Source of the DNA: Entomortierella parvispora E1425
Taxonomy: Eukaryota > Fungi > Mortierellomycota
Assembly: GCA_020891255.1 (NCBI GenBank)
Contig: BQFW01000002.1
Location: 3,658,001-3,722,000, forward strand
DNA: 64,000 nt
Reading direction: 5' to 3'
Below the pieces are notes generated by a model. That model saw only the letters and a program-made list of their open reading frames with translations. It made no database searches and was not told where the DNA came from. Within the stretch, counting starts at the first letter, position 1; every line of letters begins with the position of its first letter. The position numbers were made by a program, and so were the translations under genes. Below, piece after piece: positions 1 to 11,518 of the stretch.

Positions 1-1626
1 AAGCTTTGGGTTCCGAAGATAAATGTCGTAAAAGTCCATTTTCATGTATCCACTCGACTCACTTTCAGTAAGCGAAGTTGCCATGATGTCCTGATCGGTC
101 CCGCGCACTGGAGATCGGATTGGAACTCTGTGATGATGGTGCTTCGAAGACCAATTAAGAGATGACAATGGAGGTGAAACCGCACGAGGATCTGCAGGCG
201 CCAAAGCACTGGAGGATGGACGTCTAGATCCCGAAAAGAGAGCTGCCGCATAGACTGAATCCTGTTGTTCCATTACCATCCCAGGGAGCGGTGGCAAGAG
301 TCGGGGTCCATGATGGCTTGAAGCGTAGGTTGGAGGGGGGCTGGAAGTGAACAATGGGGGAAGGGTCCTCGATTCCATTAATCCAGCATCGACCTCAGAG
401 TTGACGGGTGATGACAAATTGGGACGTGCGTGTTGCTGCTGTTGGGAATGGCCGTTTTGCTGCAGCGATTGGGGCAGGGTATGGTACTGCGGCTGTTGAT
501 GACGGGCTTGCTGTTGTTGAGGGTGTTGCTGCTGATAAGGGTCATGCTGAGGTCGAGCAACAGAATGCCAATCCGGAGACATTGAGGTCAAGGAAGGAGA
601 TGGACTGGGGAGAGGGCTTGGGGAAGAAGAGTGACTGGCCGTCTTTCCATAGAGTTGACTGTCCGAGTATTTGCGATGGCCATGGGTCGATCCATGCATG
701 CTCTCATTCCCCTGTGCAGAAGCATATGTCGATGCGGATGGCTTCAATCGCTGCCTCTCGCCCTCGGGATCCCTTTGTGATGCATGCGAAGAGAGAGACC
801 AATAATCCCTGTGATCCCGCCGAGTCTGGTAATCTCGTGCATCCAGAGAGCTGTGGCGAGAATGCCCAAGTTGATTCTGGCTTGGGTCATGGGGTCGATT
901 GCCACTGCTACTGCTGCTGCCGTAGGTCGGATGGCTCGTCTGGGGATCCCGAGAATCAACCATGGGAGCACCATAATGTGATGATGTCTCAGATGACCTG
1001 TACGCTCTTCCAGCCGCAGCCGACGACGAGGACGAGACAGGGGGTCTGTATGCGCCACCAAACGACGACGTGGATGGCAACGACGGGTGCTCTTGGCGAG
1101 AGTGAGGGTGGGGGTGGGGTGGCTTGCTGATGTAGCTCTGGACTCTTGGATCAGAGAGCCCCAGACGGACAGGCAAGCGACCAGAGGACATTGTGGGTTG
1201 AGGTCTTGGCAGAGGCAGTCTGTGTGATGTTGGAGCACCCGATCCTGTACCACCACTGCTGCTACTGCTGCTTCTGACGTTGGTTGACGTGGACGCCGGA
1301 TCCGTGGGCACTGCTGCGGAGGCCGTTGATGTTGAGTATGGTCGCAAATTTGACGTCGTGGTTGGACTTGGAGAAGAAGGCTCTGATGTGGAGGAAGAGG
1401 ACATTGGGTCAGGGTGTGAGCGCAATAGACCTTGGAAGGATGAGAGACGAGAAAGGGAGGAAGCAGATTCTGAAGGGGATGCAGGACAGGAGGAAGTCAA
1501 CGAAGCAAGTCTGGAAAGGAGATGCGAAGGCGAAGATGTTGAAGAAGATGAAAGAAGGGAACGGGGTAGAGACAACGGTCGAGGCAGTGTCTGCGCATAT
1601 GTAGTGATGTCGTGTCCAACCATCAT
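1..1626 (-). CDS. Ser/Pro/Gln/His-rich low-complexity protein, 5' part only (runs off the left edge)
   Basis: Hand translation gives a stop-free minus frame from ATG 1626 (MMVGHDITTYAQTLPRP...) to base 1 (...ESSGYMKMDFYDIYLRNPKL), 542 codons. It is absent from the ORF track, probably because no stop lies inside the window. No domain recognised. Confidence 0.75.
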   Translation of the reverse strand, partial: MMVGHDITTYAQTLPRPLSLPRSLLSSSSTSSPSHLLSRLASLTSSCPASPSESASSLSRLSSFQGLLRSHPDPMSSSSTSEPSSPSPTTTSNLRPYSTSTASAAVPTDPASTSTNVRSSSSSSGGTGSGAPTSHRLPLPRPQPTMSSGRLPVRLGLSDPRVQSYISKPPHPHPHSRQEHPSLPSTSSFGGAYRPPVSSSSSAAAGRAYRSSETSSHYGAPMVDSRDPQTSHPTYGSSSSSGNRPHDPSQNQLGHSRHSSLDARDYQTRRDHRDYWSLSSHASQRDPEGERQRLKPSASTYASAQGNESMHGSTHGHRKYSDSQLYGKTASHSSSPSPLPSPSPSLTSMSPDWHSVARPQHDPYQQQHPQQQQARHQQPQYHTLPQSLQQNGHSQQQQHARPNLSSPVNSEVDAGLMESRTLPPLFTSSPPPTYASSHHGPRLLPPLPGMVMEQQDSVYAAALFSGSRRPSSSALAPADPRAVSPPLSSLNWSSKHHHHRVPIRSPVRGTDQDIMATSLTESESSGYMKMDFYDIYLRNPKL

Positions 1627-4600
1627 TCTGGTGCTGCTGCTGGTAGTGGTGAAGCTGTTGCTGGAAGGGGATGCGGATGGGGATGGGGATGGGGATGAGG
1701 ATGGGGATGAGGAGGACAGGTTGTTAGGACGTGGTGATGCTAGCTGTATTTGGTGATGGTAGTACGTGGTAGTGAGGCAAAGAAGGAAGGGAAGGAAGGA
1801 GGGAGAAAGGAGTGTGTGTGTGTGAGAGAGAAAAGGGAGAGAGGTGAGAGAAAAACAAGCTCTGGTGGCAAAGCAGGGTGTGCAGTGGACAGAAAAGCGA
1901 CGAGGGAAGGAGAGAGCACCGGGGGCGAAGTATGAATGACGAATGGGAATACGAACGAAAAACAAAAAAAAAAAAAGAAAGAAGCGACGGCGGTCGAGGG
2001 TGGCCCGTGTTGCTTTAAATAGTGTGGGGGAGTCAACTGGGAAGAAGGCAAAGAGAGCGGGACGTCCGATGAGATCGAAAGGGATCGAACGAATCGGCGA
2101 TTAATAATGGGTGGAGCTGCGGTCAAGTGACGAGGGACCGGGGGGGCGTGCTGCGGTCAGGGCTTCAAGACCAGAACTCTGCGGTCTTGGCAATTGGCCC
2201 CTGCTCAAAAAGGAAATAACGGGGCGCCAAGCTGGCAAGGGTGGTGGGCAATTGGACTATTGGGACTGGGACTTACTCTTTGTGAATTGGATTTGGATTT
2301 GGGTGCTGATGCCGAGGAAAGGGATGGATGAAAGGAATGCCAAGGAAAAAAAAATGCAAAGGGAAAAGAGAGAAGCGAAAAAAAAAGGGCGGGAAAGCGA
2401 TGATGCGGGATGGTGGCTGTACCTTTGTTGAGACGGACGTTGTTCTTTTTTTAACTTTTTTTTTCAGTCGGTCGTTGCGTTTCGTTTGTGGTTCCTTGCT
2501 TTCTTGGGTCGACTGGGATTGATGGGGAAGGGGAAGAGGAGATAGAGGATTGACACGAGGCAATGGCTGATCGGTTGATTGAATGGTGGAGAGAAGAGAG
2601 ATGCGAAAGAGAAGGAGGAAAGGAAAGAGGGAAAGGTGATCCGCGGATGATGGTCCCGATGATGCTGGTGACGACGGGCTTGTGTCGGATGACTGTCACG
2701 GGACTATAAAGGGAAATCATTGTGTGCAATTCAATTGGTGTTTTTTGTGGTGAGTGATCTGTTGTTCTTTTTCCTTTCCTTTGAAGTCATTCCTTTGTTT
2801 TCCCTTGGGTCCCTCTTGCTCCGAGACTCCAGAGGGGGATCGCTTCTTTCTTGGAGTAAGCAGTAACCTGAGCATTGACCCCATTCCTCAATTCCCTCTC
2901 CCGATCATGGTTAAAAGTGCGATGCGATGCCATCAAAAAAATGGTCTTGTCCGACGATTACATAGACAACTCCGCCTTGGGCTCGCTTGTCCTTCTTCCG
3001 GTGTCGAGCCTCATTGTGGCACAACGGCCAACTCCTTACTCTGACCATGCTCCCAGATCTCTTTCACTCTGTCATTCCCTTTCAAAGAAAGAATGAAAGA
3101 ATGAAAAAAAAAAAAAGAACAAAAAAAAAAAAAAAAAAAAAAAGGACATTCTGCTCGCCCGGGAACTCGACACGTGTCGAAAGGTTGACAAGAAACATGA
3201 CCGACCATCCTTCAGGGACGTGTTCACTCTCAATTGAGTGCCCCAAGACAAAGTCAAAGGGTGGCAAATGAACCAGCGTGTGGTTGCACAGACACGCCCA
3301 TCATCCCATTCCCCCCTCTTTGACTCATCCACCGATGTGGTTGGGCGATGAAACGAGGAACACGGGCTCGGAATGGATGCTTAGGAGTGTGGGCGTACCT
3401 ACAGGTGTGTATCCTTTTTGGGTGGAGCAATGAGCAAAGACAACTGGGACGCAGCTACACTCAGTAACGTTGAAAGAAAACGAAAAAAGGATATCTAATT
3501 GAGTGGATTGCTGTAACTGAACGTAAACGCAAAGGCCCGAGAAAAAAAAGGGGGGAAGAGAAGGTGAAGAAGAGAAAAAAGAGGAAGAGAGCAAGCATGC
3601 AAGAATTCAAATAAACATGATATGTACGCACTCAATTGTGAAAAGCTTCTCTCCCAAGAATGGATATCGCTCTCATGACTGTGGCACCAAAAGAACTGTC
3701 GAACAAAAGGGATGGCGATGCGGTGCAGGGCAGCACTCTCCAAGGAGGGTCCAAATGGGATCTTCGCATCCAATTGAACCAATTGAAAGTATTTTTCCAG
3801 ATTTCCTCTCCCCTTCCCTCGGGGTCTGTTCTCTTGGGTAAGCGTCTTACGAAAGATGGATTGGTACAATAAAGGGGGGAGAACATCAAGAGGTCCAAGG
3901 GATGTGCGATATGAGGGGAGGGAATGATGGCTTTGCTTCCATGATGGTCCCAGATAACATAATGCACTATGATGCGTGATGGGCTCAAGAAGCACTTTGG
4001 CTGGCAAAAGGGGCTTGTCGAGGACATGATCGAGGGAGGGCATGAACGGTATGGGTGCAAGGGCGCTCAGTCCTCTCTCGGCGACAAATTACATAAAAAA
4101 AAATCGGGCGAAAGAGCAATAGGGGAGGATGCGGACGCTGATACAGAAAGCTCGGGGGTTTAACACTGTCGCACTTCGCCGTCCAACAAGACACCAGAAG
4201 GGATAGATGTGGCACGCTGTTTACCTTGCAAGTTATGGAGATCAAATGTACCAAGTTTCGGGTTCTAGATGGTGGCAATCTGCTGGAAAGAGGACAAAAA
4301 AAAAGGTTAAAAAAAGGCCGAGAACGAAGCATTGGTCTAATATCAGACCGTGGCCTAGTTTGAGAGCGACGACCACTCTACTGCATGTGCACGCTGGAGA
4401 GAATGGGATAGCTCAAAAAGAAGGGTCCTGGGGGTTTTTTTGAAAAAAAAGATGGCGAAGCAGACTCGACCAGCCCAGCCAGGGAGATGAGATCAAGGGT
4501 TGGATCGATGACGACGAGCTTTGTTTGTAGAGTTGTAGAGCAGAGAGTAAAAGAAACACGGATTTGCTTGTTTGTTGTGGGTTTGCATGGGAGGGGGACA

Positions 4601-7600
4601 CAAGTCGAATGATGTTCAGACACTATTGGTTTTTTTGTTCCCTTGAGATAATTGAAATGATTTCAGTGGGGTGGATGGTGGGCGTGCCTGTTGTTCCGGG
4701 AAGGGCTTGCATTTAGAGGGGAAACAAGGAGATCCTCTGACCCACGCACACGCTCCCGTGGACCATTTTTTGTCGCTTTCCCTTTTGTTGCGCCCAATGT
4801 ACATTTCCGTATCATTGCCATGTATCCAACAGTACTTTTAGACCACCAAGTGCCCTTCAATTGAGAAAGGAAAAAGTATGGCGCTCGGCAGTAGCAGTCG
4901 CTTGCGCAAGGGGAAGGTGTTGAAAAGGGGATAGTATCAAAGTAGAACTGGGCAGGCGCAGTAGATTTGTAAGAGGGGGGACGGAGAAATGGACGCAGGA
5001 TGCGGTGGTGGGAAGGGGGGAATGTGGCGCCCAATGATGGTTGTCCAAGGGAGGAATGAAAAGCAAGAGCAACCCGAGGGCAACTGGGCTGGAGAAAAAT
5101 AAAAAGGCGGCGCCCTTTGATGCAACGCAGAAGATTGGGCAAAGTGTGGTATCTGTGATGTTTTGGTGGATGGTTGTCGGCGAAGCTGGGCTTATGACCG
5201 CGGTTGCGGTCATCCTTGAAGTGGCGGGGCAAGTTACCTGTGCGACAGAGGTTGAAAGCGACGTTTGGCTGCGAGTGTGGGTGAGGTGACGAAGAAGCAA
5301 AGGAGAGGCTGAATATGGAGGCAGAAAGGATGGTTCTGGGTAAAACAAGGAAAAGAGAAGAAAAGAAAAAGAGGCGAAATGAGAGATTCGAGAGAAAAAG
5401 GAAGAAAAGCGAGGGAGTCAGCGAGGCGGCCGTGCTTTTATACTTGTGATTGATATTTTCGTTGCTGAATCATGAAAAGAAGAGTCTTCACCCACTGCCT
5501 CTGTCGCGTAAGGCTGAGGATGGACCTTACAGCTCTGCCTCATACTTGTCCCAAGCCAGTCTGGTCAGCAGAGAGGAAAGGGAACAAAACAACAGCACCA
5601 TGGGTGAATTTCCGAGCAACCAATGCCGAGCTGTTTCGAAAACCGTCATGGAAGAAGGCTGTTCTTTTTTCGACTCTTTGTTCCTCCCATGCAAGACGCA
5701 ATCTCTGCGCCTCGGCTTCAGGTGCCCAGGCCCGTCCTGTCTTTTTACACTGTTCAGTGTCGATGATGCCCTGCGTCCGATCGACCTTAGTCGCGATTGC
5801 ACAGCTCAGCGATTGCGAGTCCTGCAGCACAGAAGCAACAAAAATACCGTGGCCAAGAGAACGTCCACGACTGCGCTGCTGTGCAGTTCTGGTGCCTGGC
5901 TCAACGTCAACGTTTTGAAGATAGGACACACGCAAGCCGCTAGACTAAAAGACAACAAACAAGTACTATCGATCGCTATCCCATCATCCCACCTACCAAG
6001 ATCGTGACCAATCGAGCCAAGCCAACGATCCTCCCATCTGCTATTTTCCCTTCCCTCTCCAGACTTGATCAAGTCGAGTTAGGTCGCCACCAAAAATAAA
6101 CTCTACGTTGTTTTTGTGCTCTATGATCGAGGCTCATCGACCGAACCAACACCAGCAAGGCTAAGCGTGGAAAACCCTGGTCCAGGTAACTTGTGAGAAA
6201 GTACATGACCAGCCAGGAACAAGTTCAAATGTGGACATAAATTCAGCTTGCCAATGGTCAATGGTGGCCTGCTGTCCGGTTGCCTACCTGCCTTGATCAT
6301 TCCACAGTCTTCCGCACTCCTCATGTCTCTGACTCAGCAGCCGGAGGGTTGTAAAGAGGGAAAAAAAATCCTTGTTGGGAAGAGTCAATTACCCTTACCA
6401 AGAACGCCAGACCAAAGGCGAGTAAAAGCGACAAAGATGGTTACTGCAATGAATGGACAGAATGGGAGCGGGATGAAGAAAGGGATCAAGGGCAAAAGGT
6501 ATTTCCTTCGAGATGGGCTGAAATGTGCTCGGGTCAATCTCTTCCAACCGCCGTCTCATTTGACAACTTTGAACACCGCAGCACCATTGCTCCCTTTCCT
6601 TCCCGAGCTGAGCGGATATTAACATATCGCTCGAGCCTCATGGCTGCAAACACCCTCTCTGAACTTTGCTTTGCGCACAAACATCAGAGAGGAGATCGAA
6701 ACTGAAAAACTGAAAAAAAATAACTTTTTCTTTTTTGGACGATTGAAAGGCTCTTATTGTTCGGATTTTTTTTGTTTGTTTGTTTGCTGACAATTGCATT
6801 CTGTCCGAAGAGGCAAGTCCTTTCGCCCTTTTCCTCCTTTTCTTTTTGTTTTTGTTTTAGCCAGATGGAAGCCGTTGGTTCTGGAAGAATGGTATTATTG
6901 TCGTCACTTCTGCGAGGATAGTCCCCTCACTCATTGTTGTGTAAATAACTCAACCACCGGGTCATCTACTGGGCACTCCAACTGGAATTACTGTTTCTCT
7001 CTTCATCTTTCTCCATCGATTACTCAATCGACTGTTCAAGTCAATGGAACATCAATTTGAACCGTTCCGTCAGAGAACCAACCACGTTTGGACCTTGTTT
7101 TTGTCAGAATGCTTAAAATTCATTTCCTCAAGGGAACGAACCTATCATGGTCTTGCCTTTTTGTTCTTGTTTTCTCTTCCATCACTTCATTTCCGTTCAT
7201 TTCCTCTGTTCTCCTTTTTGTCTAGATCCTTTGCCGTTTGAAGGCCATTGAGCAACAAAACGGCGATCAGAAAACAAAAGTAATAAAACCTTGCAAATTG
7301 CCCCCTCATTTCAAGACTCCTTTTACTCCTTTAACCTTCTTTTCCCCATTGACCGTCTCTTGTCTCAACAACAAAGTCGGGGTCCTCATCGCTATAAACT
7401 TTCAGCCCTCCCAGTAGGTTGTCGGAGAGATACCTTTCAAGAGAACTTTGCATCCCAATGTGTAAAAGTCTCATAGGACTAGAGTTTTTCTCCTCCCAGT
7501 TCTCCCTGTGCCCCCATTTCCAATCGCTGAATGACCCCCTGTTCTTCAAGTGGACTCAATTGAATCTTACTTCTCGACATAAAATCTAGAAAAAAAAAAA

Positions 7601-7759
7601 AAGTTCCCAGAAAAACGCGAGAAGGATCTGGGTTTGTTCTTTGAGACTCGACGCGTTTTATTGGTCCAGATTCTTTCTTCCATCTCACCTTTGTGGATCC
7701 TCCGAGCACGCCTGCGGGATAGCTGAGATGCCAGAATACTATCAAGGTGAATGGGGTGC

Positions 7760-8899
7760 TCAGTCACTCCAGTAGCACTGGTAATCAATCTCGATCTGGG
7801 GCCAGTGCTCAAGAAACCACTGTGTGTCTTCTGCACGTATCCGCCTCACTTGCGGTCCCAGCTTCCGTAAGCGTTTTAGGGTGCCCTGCCATTGGTCCAG
7901 CTGTCCCGGAACTTTCAATTCTTGGCGAATCTCGTCCCGCCCGAAATCCAACAGTGCAAACGCGCTGAGAACTTCTAAGGATCGAAGACCCGCTATTCTA
8001 TGAAAGATATCTGGATACAGAAAAAATGATGAGTGGGAGCGATATGAGAATTGCCTACATTCTCCCGCTCCGCAAAAAAAAAAAAAAAAGTCCACAGGGT
8101 CAGGCATGGTACCTTCATTTTCTCGTTGGGAGTCAGAGGGGGCTTTAACAATCTTGGAATCTCCGAGATAGTCATCAAACGATGACTCCTTTTTGACGAT
8201 GCCATCAGGGACGACCATGAATGTCAATGCAAGCTCTTTCAGTCCCATACATATCCAAGGTCGAGGATCCTCTTGAAGATCCAAGGTCGATAGGGTATTG
8301 CACGTGCGAAACACCTCTAGGTTGGGCATCTCACACATCATGGCGTGTGTCGCTGTCCCTGGCAGGCAGCATCTTCTCAGATCTAATCCTCGGAGGGTTG
8401 TCAAGTGTCGAGGGTACGCTTGTAGAATCTTCCAACTCTCCTCGTTAAACGTTGACACATTCAGATCCAAGCAGGACAAAAGGCGGATCGATGACAACAG
8501 TCGGTCCCAATCCTTGTTCTCAAACCTGGAGTACGGAAGCCCTATTTCCTCCAAATTCTGACAGCTTGCGCCAGCGGCTCGGATCCAGTTCGAGAGCGCC
8601 TTCATTTTCAAGTGGTCCGGCTGTTGATGTTGGATGGACCTTCCTGTAAACCAAGTCAGACGTCTGAGTCTAGGGCAATGTCTAATCAGCCATGCATACT
8701 CTAATAAATCTTCGTCGAATTGAATGAAATATAGCTCTTGAATCTGCATGAAACTCGACGCGTTCTGTTGTTGCTCAAATGCTTCACGATGTTCGATTCG
8801 TATGTTCACTCTGGCAGACCCAATGAGCCAGTAGAGAGATAATATTTTTGGCGACACGTCCACCGGGACAATCGTGTTGGGTGGCTGAGGCCCTTCCAT
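7760..8899 (-). CDS. F-box/LRR family paralogue A, N-terminally truncated (no F-box motif); possibly a pseudogene
   Basis: Clear homology to paralogues B and D (AWLIRHCPRLRRLTW, LRGLDLRRC, MMCEMPNLEVFR, DPRPWICMGLKEL). Phase-1 intron 8112-8011 (G|GTACCA...TCCAG|AT), then the conserved terminal exon. Lacks the NPLxxPELL N-terminus. Confidence 0.7.
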   Translation of the reverse strand: MEGPQPPNTIVPVDVSPKILSLYWLIGSARVNIRIEHREAFEQQQNASSFMQIQELYFIQFDEDLLEYAWLIRHCPRLRRLTWFTGRSIQHQQPDHLKMKALSNWIRAAGASCQNLEEIGLPYSRFENKDWDRLLSSIRLLSCLDLNVSTFNEESWKILQAYPRHLTTLRGLDLRRCCLPGTATHAMMCEMPNLEVFRTCNTLSTLDLQEDPRPWICMGLKELALTFMVVPDGIVKKESSFDDYLGDSKIVKAPSDSQRENEGTMPDPVDFFFFFCGAGECRQFSYRSHSSFFLYPDIFHRIAGLRSLEVLSAFALLDFGRDEIRQELKVPGQLDQWQGTLKRLRKLGPQVRRIRAEDTQWFLEHWPQIEIDYQCYWSD

Positions 8900-9102
8900 C
8901 TCCACTCACTCTATTCGCGCCGCTGAGGGCACACGAGTACCATTCAGTTATTGATCCATTGAAACTTTCCCATCGCTCTCAATCTCCACTGTTCTCTGGA
9001 TAGGGCTTTCTTCATTCCGTTGAATCTCCCTTGCCCACAAGCGGCTCAAAAAAAAAAAAAAAAAAAAAAAAAAACTCGTGTGAAGGGTGTTTGTGCCTGT
9101 TT

Positions 9103-10704
9103 TTAATAGCTGTCATCCGTTGTAGAGTCGATCTCGATCATGGGCCAGTGTTTACGAAACCATTTCTTCCCCTCCTCTCCAACCCCGCTCACCTCCAGTC
9201 CCAATCTTCGCAGTCGTGTCAGGGATCCCAGCCACTGATCCAACTGTCCCGGAATCTTCAATGGTTGACAGTTTTTGTACTGATCCACCAACATAAACGC
9301 CCTGAGGACTTCCAGCGATCGAAGGCAAGCTATCCGAGAAAATATATCTGAGGACGGCGACAAGAGGAAGAGGAAAATAAAGATTAGGATGAGTCAAGTG
9401 GTAGGGGTCTTTGTATCTTTGGTCCAAAAAAACATCCAAGATGGCTGTTAATGTTAAATACCTGTTTCTTTCTTGAAGTCCTCGGGATCCAAGGGCAAGT
9501 CGATGCTTTTAGGGCATGGGATGTCCATGAACTCCAATGAAAGCTCTTTTAACTTTAAGCAAGTCCAAGGTCGAAGGTCTTCCCAAACGTCCAGTGTCGA
9601 CATAAAACCGCATGTGCGGAACACCTCAAGGTTAGGCAACTCGCACATCATGGAATGGACTACTTTTCCTGTCAATTCGCGGCAGTTCCTCAAATCCAGC
9701 CCTCGGAGCGTTTCCAAATGCCGAGGATGCGTCTGTAGAATAGACCAGCTTTGCTGGTTAAACGCCGTTGATCTCAAATCCAAGCATGACAAACGACGGA
9801 TCGATGACACTAGCCGGCTGAGATCTTCCTGCTCAAACGAGAGATTTGTAAGGGCAAGGTCCTCTAAATATTGGCATGTAGCGCCAGCGGTCTGGAGCCA
9901 GTCCGCCACCTGTTTCATCGTCGAGAACTCCAAACGTTGGTCTTGAGTCTGGAATGGTATTACCCATGATAGACGCCTAAGGTCTGGACAATACTCAATC
10001 AGCCATGTAAACGCCTGAAGGGAGCCATGAAGGTGACAAAGGCGCAACTCCTGAATCTGCGACACATTGGCATCGGTGTCGTCACACCCCGAGGTCCACG
10101 TCCATGTCGGCTGAATCAGCTCAAATATAGACGAACGTTCTGCCGATGAATTCGCTTCGCAGAAGGAAAGGAACTGCAACCTGCACCACAGTGACTTGTA
10201 CTCATGAATCCACTCCTGTGCTGGCCAGAATTCAAGTTGAAGGGGCGGGAGTTGCTTCATCGGAAGGCTGCAGAGTCGCAGTCGTTTGAGATTAGGACAG
10301 TTACTCAAGGCATCCATGGACTCTGGTCTGATCTTGTCTATGGAGATGTCTATCAGAGACAAGGTATGCTTCTGAAAGAGGCTGCAGTACAGTGGCCAGG
10401 GCATATTTCCTCTTTTGCATCTGATATCCAATACCGAAAGAAAAGGGAAGGGCAGCTCGAGCACTTCCTGTGTCCTGGAAGACCTTTGGTGCATGATAAG
10501 CCTCCGAACGAAGACCGTATGCTTTTTGACAGTATCGACCGGAGGGGTATCCTCATTCAGACTAAAAATGTACCAGAGACAAGGGACAAGAGCGTCGTGC
10601 CAGGCGTGAGAGACGCGGATGCCGGACACCAGAGCAGGTTGGTCCAGATATAGGCCGACTCGAGCAAGGAGTTCAGGGATGACAAGGGGGTTATTGGGTC
10701 TCAT
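9103..10704 (-). CDS. F-box-like / RNI-type LRR protein, paralogue B (2 exons)
   Basis: N-terminal MRPNNPLVIPELLARVGLYLDQPALVSGIRVSHAWHDALVPCLW is an F-box-like motif, followed by LRR-like repeats. Intron 9461-9348 (G|GTATTT...CTCAG|AT) joins the exon 9347-9103 in frame. Confidence 0.85.
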
Positions 10705-10977
10705 CAGCTGGTCCCTCTGCAGTTCAATGTGAAATTGAGTGAATGAAAGAATGAGTGAATGAAGCGAATGACAGCAAGGAGATGCTGCGCGCACTTTGCG
10801 TCACAACGCTTCTGCTCTCTTTGGACCAAGCCAAAAAAAAAAAAAAAAAAAAAAAAAAAAAGCGCGCGCCAGTGCATGCACTGACAAGTCTCCTTTTAGT
10901 TGATGCTCCAGACGCCCCCCAGGATAGAAAAAAGCAGGCCTTTGTATCATGTCGAAACTGAACGAATGTTTTTTTAT

Positions 10978-11400
10978 TCACTTGAACAAAGGTGCCGCGG
11001 GTCCAATTTCGATCATGGGCCAGTGTGCAACAAACCACTGTCTCTCCTCCTCTCCAACCCCCTTCACCTCCGGCCCCAATCTTCGCAGTCGTCCCAGGGA
11101 CCCCTGCCATTGATCCAATTGCCCCGGTATCCTCAGTGGCTGACAGTGTTTGTGCTGATCCATCAACGAAAACGCCCTGTGGACTACCAACGATCGAAGA
11201 CTAGCCATTCGAGAAAAGATACCAGATGAAAACGACAAAAGGAAGACGAAACTTTTCAATAATCGCGTTCTGTGGGCCTGTGGTCCTTTTTTTCCCGCTC
11301 GCGTCGTTATGGTCACAGGAAGATCGCACTTTCTCTACCTGACTCCGATCTTTATTGTTCTCTGGGATGGGGTGCTCCTCTTTCAATTGAATCTCCCGGA
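10978..11400 (-). pseudogene. Relic F-box/LRR unit C: orphan terminal exon plus a short upstream remnant
   Basis: Encodes GIFSRMASLRSL...PGQLDQWQGSLGRLRRLGPEV...WFVAHWPMIEI, homologous to the terminal exons of A, B and D. The acceptor position reads CATCTG instead of CAG. About 50 bp at 11348-11398 resembles 8985-9035. Confidence 0.7.
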
Positions 11401-11518
11401 AGCATAGGGTAAAATTCTTGTAACTTGAAGCTCGACGCGCTCTGTCCGCACAAACACCACCGCAGGCTATCAGCACCTGCAATTACAGATCTCATGTCAA
11501 ATGCGTGGTTTTTTTTAT

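Noticed and set aside
408-1756. Plus-strand ORFs 408-1130 and 1280-1756
   Set aside because: Antisense shadows of the long minus-strand low-complexity ORF.
5472-5918. CESC-x17-CC pattern resembling a GATA zinc finger
   Set aside because: Lacks the T.LWR and LCNAC residues, and has no supporting gene structure.
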